From: Tolypothrix carrinoi HA7290-LM1
GTDB lineage: Bacteria > Cyanobacteriota > Cyanobacteriia > Cyanobacteriales > Nostocaceae
Length of the DNA stretch: 41,775 nt
Direction: 5' to 3'
Assembly (NCBI GenBank): GCA_019358935.1
Contig: JAHHIK010000072.1
Span: forward strand, 1 to 41,775
Below the pieces are notes generated by a model. That model did no database searches. It was not told the DNA's origin and saw only the letters and a program-made list of their open reading frames with translations. Below are positions 20,186 to 29,552 of the stretch, in pieces; positions within the stretch are counted from its first letter, which is position 1, and each line of letters begins with the position of its first letter. The translations under genes were made by a program, and so were the position numbers.

Positions 20186-20356
20186 AACGAACCGCAGAGA
20201 CGCAGAGAGCGCAGAGGAAAGAGAAAAAGAGATATAATTAACCTAATTATTGAACTAATTATTCTCTCCTCTTTTCCTCCTCTGTGTCGCGCCAGTCGCC
20301 TCAACGGGGGGGAACCCCCGCACGGCGCTGGCTTCTCTGCGTCTCTGCGGTTCGTT
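20186..20356. mobile_element. MITE-like element with perfect 23-bp terminal inverted repeats and an embedded SDR-type unit
   Basis: AACGAACCGCAGAGACGCAGAGA ... TCTCTGCGTCTCTGCGGTTCGTT; internal unit CGCCAGTCGCCTCAACGGGGGGGAACCCCCGCACGGCGCTGGCT at 20290-20333. Confidence 0.8.
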
Positions 20357-20377
20357 AAAAAACTTCTTTTTCACCAC

Positions 20378-22936
20378 TTAAATCGAATTGCTCTCAAAGT
20401 TAGCAATATCTAAAAGAATCTGCAACCAAGTAGGAATTTCCGCATTGATTTGCGATTCTTCCGCCGCAATATATCTTAACAACGCTTCCTTTTTAGAAAT
20501 ATTTTGCAAACAAGGAACAATCTGATCCAAAATTCCTTCTAATTCCGCATTAACTTGCTGATTCACTTCACTAACATACTGCACAAGATGTAAACTGGCA
20601 CTAGCAGTAATTTCATCTCGCAGTCGCAGCACTAAAAGTTGGTGGTTAGCGGTTCTGGGGTTACTTTGGCTTCTTTCTGGTGCCCAATCAAAGATTTGTC
20701 CAATGTTGTGTTTATCGTCTTGACGCGCTAGGGGAAACATGTTAGCAGGGACGCTGGTTTTATCTTTGCTACTCACTTCGGAAATTATAGCTTCTTTCCA
20801 TTGATTGGGATCGCATCCTAAAAGTAGTTTGTAAAATAAATCTGCTTCTTCATCACCAAATTTTTGTTGGATATCTTGTTCTTGTTCGGGATGGAGAATT
20901 TCTCGCAAGCGATCGCGTTCTTTGGCTATCTGATTTGATAACTTACTCAATGAGTCTACAACAGCTTGACTCAGGCGATCGCGTGCAAATTCTTCTAGTT
21001 CTTTAATTGTCTTTTCAAATGCCGGATAAAAATCATCGCTTTTGGTAGGAAGGGAACTATTAATTTTATTTTTTCTATCAAATAATTTCCCGGCTGCGCC
21101 TTTAGATTCTGTTAGTGATATCATTCCATTGTTTGCTTTGTTGAAAAGCAAAGTCCACTGACTCCAATTAAGTATTCTATAAGTTAGTTCGTCTTTCACC
21201 ACATCGCTAACTGTAATTCCTCGTTTGTCTTTGAGTGGTTCTTTACCTAATTCTTTTTGGAATTTTCTGTAGGTTTTATCTAAGGTTTCAACGGCAAAGC
21301 GTAAGTCAATAAAAGATTGACTTTCTGCCATTGGTATGCCTTGCTCCTGAATTTCTGCTAAGATGTTTTTCAACTTATCTTGTTGTTGATGCAAAGCATT
21401 AGCAGCTCGACGGGTGTCTTCATAAAGTTGCTTAAAACCGTGAGTAGCTACGTGAGTTTGAATCAATTCTCGCAGTTTGCCAATACCGCCATCTTGAGCA
21501 AAGTAACTCAATTGTCTGCCTAGATGACTGCGTGAATCAGATTCTAACAAACGTTCGCTTAAATGTCCCCATTTTTGTTGCAATCGCTTAGAACGATCTA
21601 AATAATCAGGGTAATCTAAGTTCGCTAAAAACTCTGGTGAACCTGCTTTCACTTTAGTTGAACGTTTGGCTAAATCAGCTAATCCTAAAAGTGGCGATAA
21701 CAGAAGAATTCGCTCTTTTTGGGTGGTAAATGCTGATGCACCGTCAATAGTTGTTTGCAAAACTTTGAGCTTTTGGCAAACGGTGCTTTCTTTTAAAGGA
21801 TTGTGTTCGTCTAAATTATCAAGTTCTCTTTCGCCACCTTCACTTTCTAAAGGTAGTTGATCGAAGCGTCCTACACCAACTAAAATTAAATCTTTCAGGT
21901 CTTGTCCTGGACGCTGTTGCTGCATCATCGTGAATATTTTGTTAGCGCGATCGCTTCCCGGAGATTTGCCATTTAGCAGCACTAAAATTGTCTGTACTTC
22001 TGCCAATTCTCGCAACGATAAAAATGTATCTCTCACCCCCGAATTAGCAGCACCCAATCCGGGAAAATCTAATAAAATAAACTCTGATGTTCCATTCTTT
22101 CCGGAAACATCCCAAATATCTTTTGATATTTTTACCTCAATATCTACGCGGCGAATCAACGGAAAGCTATTTTGTAATAACTTTGCTGGCAATCTTTGAG
22201 GTGCATTTGGTAATCTAATATGCGTTGGCGGTAAATCCTCAAACTTGAGAGTCTGAATCGCCATCGGCTGATCGGCTAGCGTCAGCCCATCGCGGGCGGT
22301 GGTAGCATCAATATCGTAGCGTCTACCAGACATAGCCGCACCATAAGAGTTATAAGCGCGAACAAACAATACCAACTCGCGCAATAGATAACGCAACTCC
22401 AAGTTTTTACTATTGTTCCACGCTTCTTCACACCAGCTAAGGATATCGTTTTGAGTTTTCAGCTTTTCTTGGGGTATCGAAGACAATCCCGCTGCTATTG
22501 TTCTTCGGTTTGCCTCCCCCAACATGAAGCGCAAGCACTCATTCACCTCGTCGTCAGTCAGATACTCGACAGTAAAATTGCCAACTTGCGTAGTTGTAAA
22601 GTCTTCTTGCGGTTTCAGGTGAATGGCGGTAACATTGCCTGTAGTCGGATTTTCACTAATTGGTAAAGCATCTGCGTAACCGATCAAACTGCCTAAAAGC
22701 AAAGTTTTTCCACTGCTGAATTCACCCATCACGCCGATTTTCACACTTGATGTAGCAAGTTGTACAGTTTTCTGTGCCGCTTCCCGCAGGTGAATCAGAC
22801 ACTCATCTAGGCTAGCTGGAACCCAATCTTCTTGTTTTGAAGGCTGCTGCGGTACTGAGTCTATCTTCCGGAGAATCGATTCACCGTACTCTTGAAAACG
22901 ATTCAGTTTTTCTGCTTCCATAGCGTAGTTTTCCAC
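20378..22936 (-). CDS. Dynamin-like GTPase (SrfC/CrfC-like)
   Basis: G1 GEFSSGKT, G2 PTTG, G3 LLDFPG, G4-like GRFD, QDGGIGKLR, then a long helical C-terminal region; start may be the ATG at 22921. Confidence 0.88.
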   Translation of the reverse strand: MENYAMEAEKLNRFQEYGESILRKIDSVPQQPSKQEDWVPASLDECLIHLREAAQKTVQLATSSVKIGVMGEFSSGKTLLLGSLIGYADALPISENPTTGNVTAIHLKPQEDFTTTQVGNFTVEYLTDDEVNECLRFMLGEANRRTIAAGLSSIPQEKLKTQNDILSWCEEAWNNSKNLELRYLLRELVLFVRAYNSYGAAMSGRRYDIDATTARDGLTLADQPMAIQTLKFEDLPPTHIRLPNAPQRLPAKLLQNSFPLIRRVDIEVKISKDIWDVSGKNGTSEFILLDFPGLGAANSGVRDTFLSLRELAEVQTILVLLNGKSPGSDRANKIFTMMQQQRPGQDLKDLILVGVGRFDQLPLESEGGERELDNLDEHNPLKESTVCQKLKVLQTTIDGASAFTTQKERILLLSPLLGLADLAKRSTKVKAGSPEFLANLDYPDYLDRSKRLQQKWGHLSERLLESDSRSHLGRQLSYFAQDGGIGKLRELIQTHVATHGFKQLYEDTRRAANALHQQQDKLKNILAEIQEQGIPMAESQSFIDLRFAVETLDKTYRKFQKELGKEPLKDKRGITVSDVVKDELTYRILNWSQWTLLFNKANNGMISLTESKGAAGKLFDRKNKINSSLPTKSDDFYPAFEKTIKELEEFARDRLSQAVVDSLSKLSNQIAKERDRLREILHPEQEQDIQQKFGDEEADLFYKLLLGCDPNQWKEAIISEVSSKDKTSVPANMFPLARQDDKHNIGQIFDWAPERSQSNPRTANHQLLVLRLRDEITASASLHLVQYVSEVNQQVNAELEGILDQIVPCLQNISKKEALLRYIAAEESQINAEIPTWLQILLDIANFESNSI

Positions 22937-23048
22937 TGACTTAAATTAAACCTGAATTTTATAACATTAAAATCGTTTATCTGTCACATCTGGTATTTTT
23001 ACCAATCCATTTTATATTTTGCTGTGAACTTTGTTTTATCAAACTTGT

Positions 23049-23188
23049 TAGGACTTACGCTTTGTTAAGAGAAAACGAACCACAGAGGGGCAGAGTTCAC
23101 AGCGGAAAGTCTGAGCGGAGGTTTCCTCCGATCAGAACTTTCCAAGAGGGAGGAATGAGGAAGAGAGAGAATTTTTGCGTAAGTCCTA
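23049..23188. mobile_element. 140-bp MITE-like element
   Basis: TIR TAGGACTTACGC / GCGTAAGTCCTA; internal hairpin CGGAGG-TTT-CCTCCG; contains AACGAACCACAGAG, complementary to CTCTGCGGTTCGTT just outside at ~23223-23236; no clear TSD. Confidence 0.7.
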
Positions 23189-23460
23189 TTTTAAACTCTT
23201 TTTCTCTGCGGACTCTGCGTTCTCTGCGGTTCGTTTTCCATTTTGTTTTTCAAAAGAAAGCATCAGAGGAAGACTGTAATCCTTAACTTCAGTGATTTCA
23301 CCATTTATTGATATTGTTAAATCAATTACCACAGTTGTAAATAAAAAGTAGGCAACAAACTAATTTCTAAAAATTTTCTAGACTACAAAACTATACTTAT
23401 CAGATTTACCCCACCAGTAAATTTAAGTAAAAAAGGCAGGTAAAAGTTATCAAATCAATA

Positions 23461-23705
23461 CAACAAAATGAAAAACTATTTCAAAAGAAGGCAGATGCAA
23501 CGCCCAGATTAAAGTGTAAGAGTGGGAAATTGCAACTGGCAAAGTAATTTGGGTACATGGTGCAGATACTTTACTAGCCACAAAACGGCAAAATGTCAAT
23601 ACCTATGAGGCGTTTCTCAATCGCATTCATCCTGAAGAGGAAAACTTGGTGATAAAGGCGTTCGCTTGTTCACCCACCAGATTAACACGTTGGTGCAATA
23701 TCTGA
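23461..23705 (+). pseudogene. Degenerate PAS-domain gene relic
   Basis: Reads QQNEKLFQKKADA, frameshift, QIKV*EWEIATGKVIW...TYEAFLNRIHPEE; the TAA at 23517 sits where PAS_3 domains have W (WEWDI.TG...W; F...IHPED). Confidence 0.6.
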
Positions 23706-23921
23706 AGTAACTAAAAATTAACTTAAATTTATGAAAATCTTAACTTTTGGAGTGTTAACTAAATACTGATTCACTTTTTGCTGCATTGAACCCCTCAAAG
23801 CTTGAAATTTACGAGATTTGGGGGGATTATTTATTTTTCACCACATGTAGATTTATGTAGAGCGGTACGGAAGAGATAATTTTTATAAGGGAAATGCCGA
23901 AAACTGCGGAGATGCCTAAAA

Positions 23922-25982
23922 ATGGATTGCGATCGCTCTATCCTAGATATTACCAACTCCTTCTTACTTCAGGAAGTTGCGCCCAAAGCTAACGAAATAG
24001 ACAGCAACTCACAAGCGCTATATCAAGCACTCCAAGGTTTGGGAAAGTTAAATTTACTAGCGCTACGAAGTGACAAACAAGTTAGTGAAGCGACTTTTGG
24101 CGACTTTCAAGAATTAATAGCCAGATATTCCGGTACTTTAGCTTTTGTGCAAACGCAACATCAAAGCGCGGCAGCAATGCTGATTGCTAGTAACAATGCA
24201 TTAAAACAAGCATACCTTAAGCGGATGGGCAACGGTGAAGTTTTAATCGGAGTCGGTTTCTCCCAATTGCGACGTCAAGGTAAACCCCTAACATTAGCCG
24301 TACCAGTTGCCGGAGGATATCAGTTAGATGGAGTTGTACCTTGGGTAACTGGCTGGAACTTATTTCAAGATTTTATCATCGCTGCGACATTACCTGATGG
24401 TAGTGCAGTTTTTGGTATCGTCCCTTTTGTGCAGACATCTCAAAAATCGAGAGGGGAAATAACATTTACCGCACCAGCACAACTAGCAGCAATGACATCA
24501 AGCAATACCGTATCTGCCACTTTAACTCGCTGGTTCTTACCTCAAGAGCGTGTAGTTTTTATTAAACCACCCGGATGGATTCACGAAAACGATAAAAACA
24601 ACATTTTGCGGGCAACTTTTTTAGCTACAGGATGCGCTTTTGCAGGTTTAGATATTTTGAAAGCAGCTAAAGAGAATAAATCGCTACCTTTTATTAACGA
24701 TGCCTTTGACTCTTTATTACAAGAACTAACTACGTGTCGTACTCTTATTAGAGAAGCGCAGCAAAAATCGATAGGAATAGCAGAACGCTTGCAAATGCGA
24801 GCTTGGGCAATTGACCTAGCAACGCGAATCGCTCACGCAGCCGTTACCGTTTCCAGCGGAACCGCTAATTACATGCATCATCCGGCACAGCGAGTATATC
24901 GTGAAGCATTGGTATTTACGGTAACAGGTCAAACCACCGCAGTTATGGAAGCAACACTTCAGCGGTTGATGAGGAGACAAGGAGACAAGGAGGACAAGGA
25001 GGACAAGGGGGACAAGGGGGACAAGGGGGATTCTATATTTTCCTTTTCTCCCCCCTCTCCCTTGTCTCCCCCCTCCCCCCCTCTCCCTATCCCCCCCTCT
25101 CCCTTGTCTCCCCCCTCCCCCCCTCTCCCCATCCCCCCCTCTCCCTTGTCTCCCCCCTCCCCCCCTCTCCCTATCCCCCCCTCTCCCTTGTCTCCCCCCT
25201 CCCCCCCTCTCCCCATCCCCCCCTCTCCCTTGTCTCCCCCCTCCCCCCCTCTCCCCATCCCCCCCTCTCCCCTTCCCCCCCTCTCCCCCTCTCCCTACTC
25301 GCGTATCATCCATTTAAGTCACATAATTGATACAGATATTCCCCAATGGCAAGGCGACCCTCCTGTAGAATTTGATACTGTGGCGGAAATAGATAAAGAT
25401 GGTTATTATCTGCGGCGTTTCTCTTTGGGGGAACACAGCGCTACTCATATCAATGCACCGAAAAGTTTTCACAACTTTGGTGTGGGAATTGACAAATACC
25501 CTGCCGAGTCGTTGGTTGTATCCGCAGTAGTTATAGATATCCGTGTTAAAACCGCAGTTAATTTTGATTATGTCCTGACTGTTGCGGATGTTCTCGCTTG
25601 GGAAGAAAAATATGGCGAAATTTCCGCAAACAGCTTAGTAATACTGTATACAGGTTGGCAGGATAAATGGCGCGATAAAGATGCATTTTTCAACCAAGAT
25701 GCTGAAGGAAGTCTGCATTTTCCAGGTTTTGGCAGTGATGCTACCCAGTTTTTACTAAATGAACGTCAAATCGCTGGGGTAGGAATTGATACTCACGGAG
25801 TAGATGGGCAAGATACCACCTTTGCCATCAACCGTTTGGTGTTAGAGAAACCGCGTCTTGTGCTGGAGAATTTAACCAACTTAGATCAACTTCCACCAAG
25901 AGGCGCTATGCTGGCGATCGCACCTCTATTATTACAAAATGGTTCTGGTTCTCCCGTCGGCGTGTTGGCTTTATTACCTTAA
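23922..25982 (+). CDS. Acyl-CoA dehydrogenase-like domain fused to a cyclase/kynurenine formamidase-like domain via a repeat-derived linker
   Basis: YQLDGVVPWVTG, HPAQRVYREA (ACAD); IIHLSH..WQGDP, GEHSATHINAP, LYTGW, FPG, GVGIDTHGVD, LENLTNL, GSGSP (cyclase family). Confidence 0.88.
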   Translation: MDCDRSILDITNSFLLQEVAPKANEIDSNSQALYQALQGLGKLNLLALRSDKQVSEATFGDFQELIARYSGTLAFVQTQHQSAAAMLIASNNALKQAYLKRMGNGEVLIGVGFSQLRRQGKPLTLAVPVAGGYQLDGVVPWVTGWNLFQDFIIAATLPDGSAVFGIVPFVQTSQKSRGEITFTAPAQLAAMTSSNTVSATLTRWFLPQERVVFIKPPGWIHENDKNNILRATFLATGCAFAGLDILKAAKENKSLPFINDAFDSLLQELTTCRTLIREAQQKSIGIAERLQMRAWAIDLATRIAHAAVTVSSGTANYMHHPAQRVYREALVFTVTGQTTAVMEATLQRLMRRQGDKEDKEDKGDKGDKGDSIFSFSPPSPLSPPSPPLPIPPSPLSPPSPPLPIPPSPLSPPSPPLPIPPSPLSPPSPPLPIPPSPLSPPSPPLPIPPSPLPPLSPSPYSRIIHLSHIIDTDIPQWQGDPPVEFDTVAEIDKDGYYLRRFSLGEHSATHINAPKSFHNFGVGIDKYPAESLVVSAVVIDIRVKTAVNFDYVLTVADVLAWEEKYGEISANSLVILYTGWQDKWRDKDAFFNQDAEGSLHFPGFGSDATQFLLNERQIAGVGIDTHGVDGQDTTFAINRLVLEKPRLVLENLTNLDQLPPRGAMLAIAPLLLQNGSGSPVGVLALLP
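24972..25296. repeat. Intragenic STRR expansion: GGACAAGGR 9-mers plus five 42-nt C-rich units
   Basis: Encodes [17 protein letters not shown], then (SPLSPPSPPLPIPP)x5; GGAGACAAGG is complementary to CCTTGTCTCC in the 42-nt units. Confidence 0.92.
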
Positions 25983-25984
25983 AT

Positions 25985-26045
25985 CTCACGCAAAGTCGCT
26001 AAGACGCAAAGTGTTCTTCTTTGCGTCTTTGCGCCTTTGCGTGAG
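25985..26045. repeat. Long intergenic inverted repeat (27-bp imperfect stem)
   Basis: CTCACGCAAAGTCGCTAAGACGCAAAG-TGTTCTT-CTTTGCGTCTTTGCGCCTTTGCGTGAG. Confidence 0.8.
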
Positions 26046-26109
26046 CCTATCTTACCCCACACTTGACGACAATTAATAAACAAGGGAAACTTAATACAAA
26101 AAGTCACGT

Positions 26110-27594
26110 ATGACCACGCTAACTTGCTGCAATTACATCGACGGTCAATGGTTGAGTGCTACACAGACACTCTTAAGTCGCAACCCAACCAATAACGAAA
26201 TTGTCGCTACTTTTCCCCGTTCTGATTCAGCAGATGTAGATGTAGCGATCGCATCTGCTCGTAAAGCTTACCGCAGTTGGCGACAAGTTCCCGCACCGGC
26301 TAGAGCCGAATATATTTTTCGCGTTGGGGAATTGTTACTTCAGCATAAAGAGGAATTGGCACAGTTAATCAGTCGGGAAATGGGTAAAGCGATAACAGAA
26401 GCGCGGGGAGATGTGCAAGAAGGTGTAGACTGTGCTTTTTACAGCGCTGGGGAAGGACGACGACTTTTTGGACAAACTACACCTTCAGAAATGCCGAATA
26501 AATTCGCGATGACGATGCGGATGCCGATAGGAGTTTGTGCTTTAATTACTCCTTGGAATTTTCCTGTTGCTATTCCTTGCTGGAAAGCTATGCCGGCATT
26601 AGTTTGTGGTAATACTGTCATCCTCAAACCAGCAGAAGATACTCCCGCTTGTGCAACTAAGTTAATTGAAATTTTTCAACAAGCCGGTTTACCTCCCGGT
26701 GTAATTAACTTGGTGCATGGATTGGGTGAAGAAGCGGGTAAAGCTTTAGTTGAACATGCTGATGTTGATTTAGTTTCTTTTACCGGTTCTTCAGAAACCG
26801 GCGCTTTTGTCGGCGAAACTTGCGGACGCACTCACAAGCGCGTCTGTTTGGAAATGGGGGGGAAAAATGCTCAAGTGGTGATGGAAGATGCAGATTTAGA
26901 ATTAGCTTTAGATGGGGCAATTTGGGGTGCATTCGGTACGGCTGGTCAACGCTGTACGGCTACGAGTCGCTTAATTTTACATCGCGATATCAAAGAAAAA
27001 TTTACCACGATGTTGAAAGAGCGTACAAGTAAATTACGCTTGGGTTCTCCCACCGACCCCGATACTGATATTGGTCCGATAATTAATCAAAGGCAACTTG
27101 AACGGGTGAAAATGTATTTGGATATTGCCCGTGAGGAAAATGCAAAGGTGTTAATTGGGGGGGAAATTGCCGACGAGGGAGAATTGAAAAATGGTTACTT
27201 TTTTCAACCAACTATTCTTGATAATGTAACTCCCGAAATGCGGGTTGCGCAAGAAGAGATATTTGGACCAGTTGTGGCATTAATTGAAGTTAGCTCTTTT
27301 GAAGAAGCGATCGCAATCCTCAATGATACAAATTACGGTCTTTCTTCTTCAGTTTACACCCGCGACATCAACCGCGCTTTTGCTGCCATGCGTGATATCG
27401 AAGCCGGAATAACTTATATTAATGGTCCCACAATCGGTGCAGAAGTACATTTACCCTTTGGGGGAGTGAAACAAACCGGCAACGGACACCGCGAAGCCGG
27501 AACTACCGCTTTAGATGTATTTACAGAATGGAAAAGTGTGTATGTTGACTTTTCTGGTAGTTTGCAACGCGCCCAGATTGATAATCGTAGTTAA
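26110..27594 (+). CDS. NAD(P)-dependent aldehyde dehydrogenase
   Basis: [47 protein letters not shown]. Confidence 0.96.
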   Translation: MTTLTCCNYIDGQWLSATQTLLSRNPTNNEIVATFPRSDSADVDVAIASARKAYRSWRQVPAPARAEYIFRVGELLLQHKEELAQLISREMGKAITEARGDVQEGVDCAFYSAGEGRRLFGQTTPSEMPNKFAMTMRMPIGVCALITPWNFPVAIPCWKAMPALVCGNTVILKPAEDTPACATKLIEIFQQAGLPPGVINLVHGLGEEAGKALVEHADVDLVSFTGSSETGAFVGETCGRTHKRVCLEMGGKNAQVVMEDADLELALDGAIWGAFGTAGQRCTATSRLILHRDIKEKFTTMLKERTSKLRLGSPTDPDTDIGPIINQRQLERVKMYLDIAREENAKVLIGGEIADEGELKNGYFFQPTILDNVTPEMRVAQEEIFGPVVALIEVSSFEEAIAILNDTNYGLSSSVYTRDINRAFAAMRDIEAGITYINGPTIGAEVHLPFGGVKQTGNGHREAGTTALDVFTEWKSVYVDFSGSLQRAQIDNRS

Positions 27595-27840
27595 AAGTGG
27601 CAAATTAAGTTTCAACCTCAACTTGATAAAGTGCGGGATTTTGTTCAAATAGGGACACATCAAAACTCTGCGGGGAATGATTCTGCTTCAAGGTTTACAA
27701 CTCTATTTTTGACGCTTTTGGCTTTGGGTTACGAGTGCGCGAAGCGTTTACTCAGTCGGACTTGTGAAGGCGATCGCCTGCTGGTTTTTACGAGGATGCG
27801 ATCGCCTTTTTCTCCACAACAACAGTGCATCTAACTTATC

Positions 27841-28701
27841 ATGGCTAAATCTGCTGACATCAGTACCAAGCGATTAATCAGCCTCGCACCCGAAAATTGG
27901 GTAAAATGGGTAACACAGATTCCCGACATCGTAACCGGCGAAATTCTCAACTCAGAATTCCAATGGATTAGTCGTGAAAGCGATGTATTAATCCGCGCCC
28001 AGAGTCCGCAATATGGGGAATTTCTCGTACTTAACGAGTTACAATTGCGCTACAAGCCAGAAATGCCCAAACGAATGCGGGCTTATGCTGCACTGGCAGA
28101 AGAAAAATATAACCTACCCACCTATCCAGTACTGGTTAATATTCTCAAAGAAAGTGATAGCGAAATTCCCACACGTTACCAATCTGAGTTTGCCGGATTG
28201 CAAGCCCGTCAAGACTACCGCGTAATAAATCTTTGGGAAGTTGATGTGGAAATAGCTTTTCAACAATCAATTTTCTCTTTGCTTCCCTTTGTACCAATCC
28301 TCAAAGGTGGTGCAGAAGAATCTACAATCCAACAAGCTTTGCAAATTCTTCGTGCTAACGAACAATTGAGTCAGTTAGAAACTGTTCTAGCTTTTTTTGC
28401 TACTTTTGTATTAGATAGTGCCTTAGTTCAGCAAATTATGAGGTGGGATATGGCAGTGTTAAGAGAGTCTCCTTGGTATCAGCAAATCTTAAGAGAGGGA
28501 GAAGCACGAGGACAGCAACAAGGACGACGAGAAGAAATGTTGTCTGGTATTGAATTAGGTTTGGAAATAAAGTTTGGGACTGAAGGATTGCAGTTGATGC
28601 CAGAAATATCTCAAATTTCCGATTTGAACCGATTAAAGGCAATTCAGCGAGGTATTTTGACAAGCAATACTTTGGAAGAATTCCGGCAACTCATTTTTTA
28701 G
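27841..28701 (+). CDS. Rpn-family recombination-promoting nuclease/putative transposase
   Basis: SRESDVLI..LNELQLRY..RMRAY (PD-(D/E)xK-like), YRVINLWE, LRESPWYQQILREG. Confidence 0.85.
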   Translation: MAKSADISTKRLISLAPENWVKWVTQIPDIVTGEILNSEFQWISRESDVLIRAQSPQYGEFLVLNELQLRYKPEMPKRMRAYAALAEEKYNLPTYPVLVNILKESDSEIPTRYQSEFAGLQARQDYRVINLWEVDVEIAFQQSIFSLLPFVPILKGGAEESTIQQALQILRANEQLSQLETVLAFFATFVLDSALVQQIMRWDMAVLRESPWYQQILREGEARGQQQGRREEMLSGIELGLEIKFGTEGLQLMPEISQISDLNRLKAIQRGILTSNTLEEFRQLIF

Positions 28702-28769
28702 CCTGCAAATGTAAAAAGTGTATTTTATTCCTATTCTCCATGCCCAATGCCCAATGCCCTACCTACTTA

Positions 28770-29552
28770 TTATTGCCCTAAATAAGCTTGTAAAACTTTC
28801 GGATTAGTTTGAATTTCTGCTGGAGTACCGTCAGCGAGATTTTGTCCTTCAGCGAGAACCCAAACACGATCGCACAACGACATGATTACATCCATATTGT
28901 GTTCGATAATCAAAAATGTCATACCCTCTTCGCGGTTCCAAGTGAGAATGCGATCGCATATATCATCAATCAATCTCGGATTCACCCCTGCTGCCGGTTC
29001 ATCCAACAAAATCAACTTCGGATTGGTCATCAACGCTCTTGCCATTTCCAACAGCTTGCGTTGTCCCCCAGATAATCCACCCGCATAATCTTGCGCTTTG
29101 GCGGCTAATCCTACCTTATCTAGCAAAAACATCGCTCTTTCGCGCAGTTCCTTTTCTTCTTTCGCGACTACGTGCGGTTGCAATTGTACTTGCCAAAAGT
29201 TCTCACCAGTTTGCTTTTGCGCTGCCAACACCACGTTTTCTAACACCGACAACCGCGAAAGTGTCCGCGCTACCTGAAAGGTGCGAATCAAGCCTTGCTG
29301 GGCAATTTTGTGCGGTTGTAGTTGTTGAATTTGCTCACCATCAAAAACCACTCGTCCCTTATCTGGACGGATGAAGTTAGAAAGTAAGTTAAATAAAGTC
29401 GTTTTTCCCGCACCATTCGGACCAATCAACCCGGTAATGCTGCCTTTTTTAACTTGAATTTCTGCCTCATTTACAGCTTTAATTCCACCGAAACTTTTCG
29501 CAAGTCCACTTGCTGCTAGTAAAGGTAATTCTGAAGATTGATTATTTGCCAA
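28770..29552 (-). CDS. natA: Neutral/branched-chain amino acid ABC transporter ATP-binding protein (LivG-like)
   Basis: GPNGAGKTT, RTFQ, LSGGQRKLLE, LLDEPAAG, IEHNMDVI, VLQAYLG. Confidence 0.92.
   Translation of the reverse strand: MANNQSSELPLLAASGLAKSFGGIKAVNEAEIQVKKGSITGLIGPNGAGKTTLFNLLSNFIRPDKGRVVFDGEQIQQLQPHKIAQQGLIRTFQVARTLSRLSVLENVVLAAQKQTGENFWQVQLQPHVVAKEEKELRERAMFLLDKVGLAAKAQDYAGGLSGGQRKLLEMARALMTNPKLILLDEPAAGVNPRLIDDICDRILTWNREEGMTFLIIEHNMDVIMSLCDRVWVLAEGQNLADGTPAEIQTNPKVLQAYLGQ

Noticed and set aside
24816..25313. Gly/Arg-rich minus-strand ORFs (24816-25313, 24959-25258)
   Set aside because: Antisense shadows of the C-rich repeat inside the ACAD-cyclase gene.
27631..27834. 67-aa ORF between ALDH and the Rpn gene
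   Set aside because: No recognisable motif; it spans HIP1/SDR-like sequence and is probably non-coding or decayed.
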